This document shows, one piece after another, positions 41,956-43,956 of a stretch of DNA of 43,956 nucleotides. The stretch is from Meiothermus sp. (lineage in GTDB: Bacteria > Deinococcota > Deinococci > Deinococcales > Thermaceae). The notes under the pieces were generated by a model. It did no database searches and had not been told where the DNA came from. It saw only the letters and a program-made list of their open reading frames with translations. The stretch covers positions 1-43,956 of the forward strand of contig JANRLD010000091.1 of NCBI GenBank assembly GCA_033762915.1, written 5' to 3'. The first letter of the stretch is position 1; each line of letters begins with the position of its first letter. The position numbers and the translations under genes were made by a program.

Positions 41956-43956
41956 ATGAAACACAAAGCTGGGTCTCGAGGCTGGCCCCTATGGATGAGC
42001 GTGGGGCTGGCGCTGTTGCTGGTAGCTTGTGGTGGTGGGGGTGGAGGCAGTACGCCTACTCCTACCCCTGACCCTTTGCTCAAGCGCCCCTCTAAGTCGG
42101 GCACCATCGCTATCACGGGCGATGACAAATATGTGGTGCAGGTCAACACCGAGAATGACTCGATCACCATTTTTCGCACTTCCGACGACAGCAAACTGGC
42201 CGAGCTTCCGGTAGGTGACGAACCCAGCGCGGTGGTGATCCACCCCGATGATAAGACCGCCTTCGTAGCCCTACGGGCCGAGCGCAAGGTGGTCAAAGTC
42301 AACAACATTGACACCAGCACGCCCAGTGTGGCGGCCATTAGCGCCGATGTCGGCTCGGAGCCGACGGGTATCGCCCTCAACCCCTGCGGCAGCAGACTGG
42401 CGGTGGCGGAGTTTGGCGAGGGACGGGTGGCACTGCTGAACACTTCGAACTTCGCCACGGTAGGCACCGCCATCGTTGCGGCACCGAGGGCCGTAGCCAT
42501 TTCCAACAACGGCAACACCGACTGCAACGACGAAAAGTTAGTGGTCACCGAGTTCTATGGACGCATCACCGGAGCCGAGGCCACCGACAACAGCCGCACC
42601 GGGGCAGTGCGGATATTCAATGAGGCTAACCTGAGCCCACTAAACGAAGTGCTATTCGCCCCCACCGACCCCGGCAACTTCCCGGTTGACACTGCCGAGG
42701 CCAACACTGTGGTCAATTTTGCCTCGCCCAACCTGCTCTCCAGTGTAGTAATCGTGGGAAACAAGTTTTTCGCCACCGCCACTGCTGCTTCCCCCGACAA
42801 CGCACCTAAGTTTGACGAGAACGTCTTCCAATACCTGCTGGTTGGTGACCTTAACGGAACCAACCTGGGCACCATCAGCCTGTCCGAGGCCATCCGCACC
42901 CTGAACGTGCCTGCGCCTGCGACCAAGTTGTTTATGGGCGACATCGTGGACATCGGGGTGGTGGGAGACAGCATCCTCTATGTGCTGGCCAAGGGCGGCG
43001 AGGCCATCCAGCGGGCCTTCCTGACGGGAAACACCTCGGTCACGCTGGGTACCCCCTCGGTTCCGCAGATTGACCTGCAAACCCTAAGCACCAAGTGCCA
43101 GAATCCCACTGGACTGGTCACCCCACACGTCACCACCGACCAACGCAAGATGTTCGTCAACTGCTGGGTGACGCGCAACACCGGCATTGTGGACCTGGGC
43201 ACCCAGACCCTGACCAAGGTGGTTGCAGCCACCGCCGCGCCGTCGGCGGGCAGCCTCGAGGACAAACAGAACCGGGGCCGCCACTTCTACTTCACCGGGC
43301 GCGGGCGCTGGAGCCGCGACGGGGCAGGCTGGTCGAGTTGCGGAAGCTGTCACCCCGACGGCCTCTCCGACAACATCACCTGGCGCTTCGCCGCCGGACC
43401 GCGCCAGTCCACCTCGATGGACGGCAGCTTCAGCCACGGCCCCGGCACCCAGAAGCAGCGCATCTACAACTGGACAGGCATCTTCGACGAGCAGCACGAC
43501 TTTGAGCGCAACACCCGCGACGTCTCGGGCGGGGTAGGGGCTTTGGTCAAAGACCTTGCGTTGGTCAACACCTCGAGGCTGGCCCTGACCCTGACGGGTG
43601 GAGCAGCCATCGGTGGCCTGGCCAAACCCCTGCGCGAGTTGCAGGAAGGCACCGTCAGCGGCCCTGCCGCAACCGACCCCGGCCCCAGTCTGCTCAAAGA
43701 CTGGGACGAAATAGACGAGTTTGTGAAGACCATCCGCCCGGTACGGGCGCGACGCTTCATAGATTCGGCCTCGGTCACCCGCGGGCTGGCCTTGTTCCGC
43801 TCGAGCAACTGCACCAACTGCCACAGCGGCCAGGGCTGGACACTCTCGAGGCGCTTCTTCGTGCCTTCGGGAACCGGCAACGCCGCCCTAACCACGACCG
43901 CCTTCAACGGCAACAATCCGGGCCTCAACAGCCCCAGCCCCCACACCTTCCAGATC
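41956..43956 (+). CDS. Lipoprotein with YVTN-type beta-propeller and di-haem cytochrome c domain (truncated by window end)
   Basis: AAGGAG SD, lipobox LVAC, repeats VGDEPSAV and VGSEPTGI, and in-frame CGSCH (43339) and CTNCH (43810). Absent from the ORF track because it has no stop within the window. Confidence 0.85.
   Translation, partial: MKHKAGSRGWPLWMSVGLALLLVACGGGGGGSTPTPTPDPLLKRPSKSGTIAITGDDKYVVQVNTENDSITIFRTSDDSKLAELPVGDEPSAVVIHPDDKTAFVALRAERKVVKVNNIDTSTPSVAAISADVGSEPTGIALNPCGSRLAVAEFGEGRVALLNTSNFATVGTAIVAAPRAVAISNNGNTDCNDEKLVVTEFYGRITGAEATDNSRTGAVRIFNEANLSPLNEVLFAPTDPGNFPVDTAEANTVVNFASPNLLSSVVIVGNKFFATATAASPDNAPKFDENVFQYLLVGDLNGTNLGTISLSEAIRTLNVPAPATKLFMGDIVDIGVVGDSILYVLAKGGEAIQRAFLTGNTSVTLGTPSVPQIDLQTLSTKCQNPTGLVTPHVTTDQRKMFVNCWVTRNTGIVDLGTQTLTKVVAATAAPSAGSLEDKQNRGRHFYFTGRGRWSRDGAGWSSCGSCHPDGLSDNITWRFAAGPRQSTSMDGSFSHGPGTQKQRIYNWTGIFDEQHDFERNTRDVSGGVGALVKDLALVNTSRLALTLTGGAAIGGLAKPLRELQEGTVSGPAATDPGPSLLKDWDEIDEFVKTIRPVRARRFIDSASVTRGLALFRSSNCTNCHSGQGWTLSRRFFVPSGTGNAALTTTAFNGNNPGLNSPSPHTFQI

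Overview
The window has two compositionally distinct parts. Bases 1-12394 are one end of an integrated phage-like element, with all genes on the minus strand. It carries a tyrosine integrase next to the 3' end of a tRNA-Ala(TGC), followed by MazG, a dNMP kinase, a HAD nucleotidase, a macrodomain protein, a class II ribonucleotide reductase, a lipoprotein, two tandem minimal kinase-like genes, a membrane-anchored HTH protein and a family A DNA polymerase. The element continues beyond the left edge. Bases 12395-43956 are higher-GC host chromosome that looks like Deinococcota (Meiothermus/Calidithermus-like; this is an inference from gene content, leaderless -10 promoters and strong CTCGAG enrichment). 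Host genes, in order: mreB, lpxD, lpxC, a GnnA-like dehydrogenase, TPR and SPOR proteins, rex, two lipoproteins, a choline-kinase-like/GlpA-like/GlpK-like cluster, an AEC transporter, a cyclase, a DeoR-controlled sugar ABC operon (three cupin-fold isomerases, a BadF kinase, a GH13, an SDR), a decayed IS630, and the start of a beta-propeller/di-haem cytochrome c lipoprotein. The intergenic spaces hold two families of MITEs, some of them nested. The most notable observations are the paired mini-kinases, an unannotated acidic Cys-rich 40-aa ORF, an insertion domain in the polymerase, IS630-type elements flanked by TGA instead of TA, and a recurrent 12-bp CCGCTTTAGCGC motif that appears as a micro-insertion. 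No CRISPR array or rRNA was seen. All family calls come from motif recognition by eye, not from database searches.
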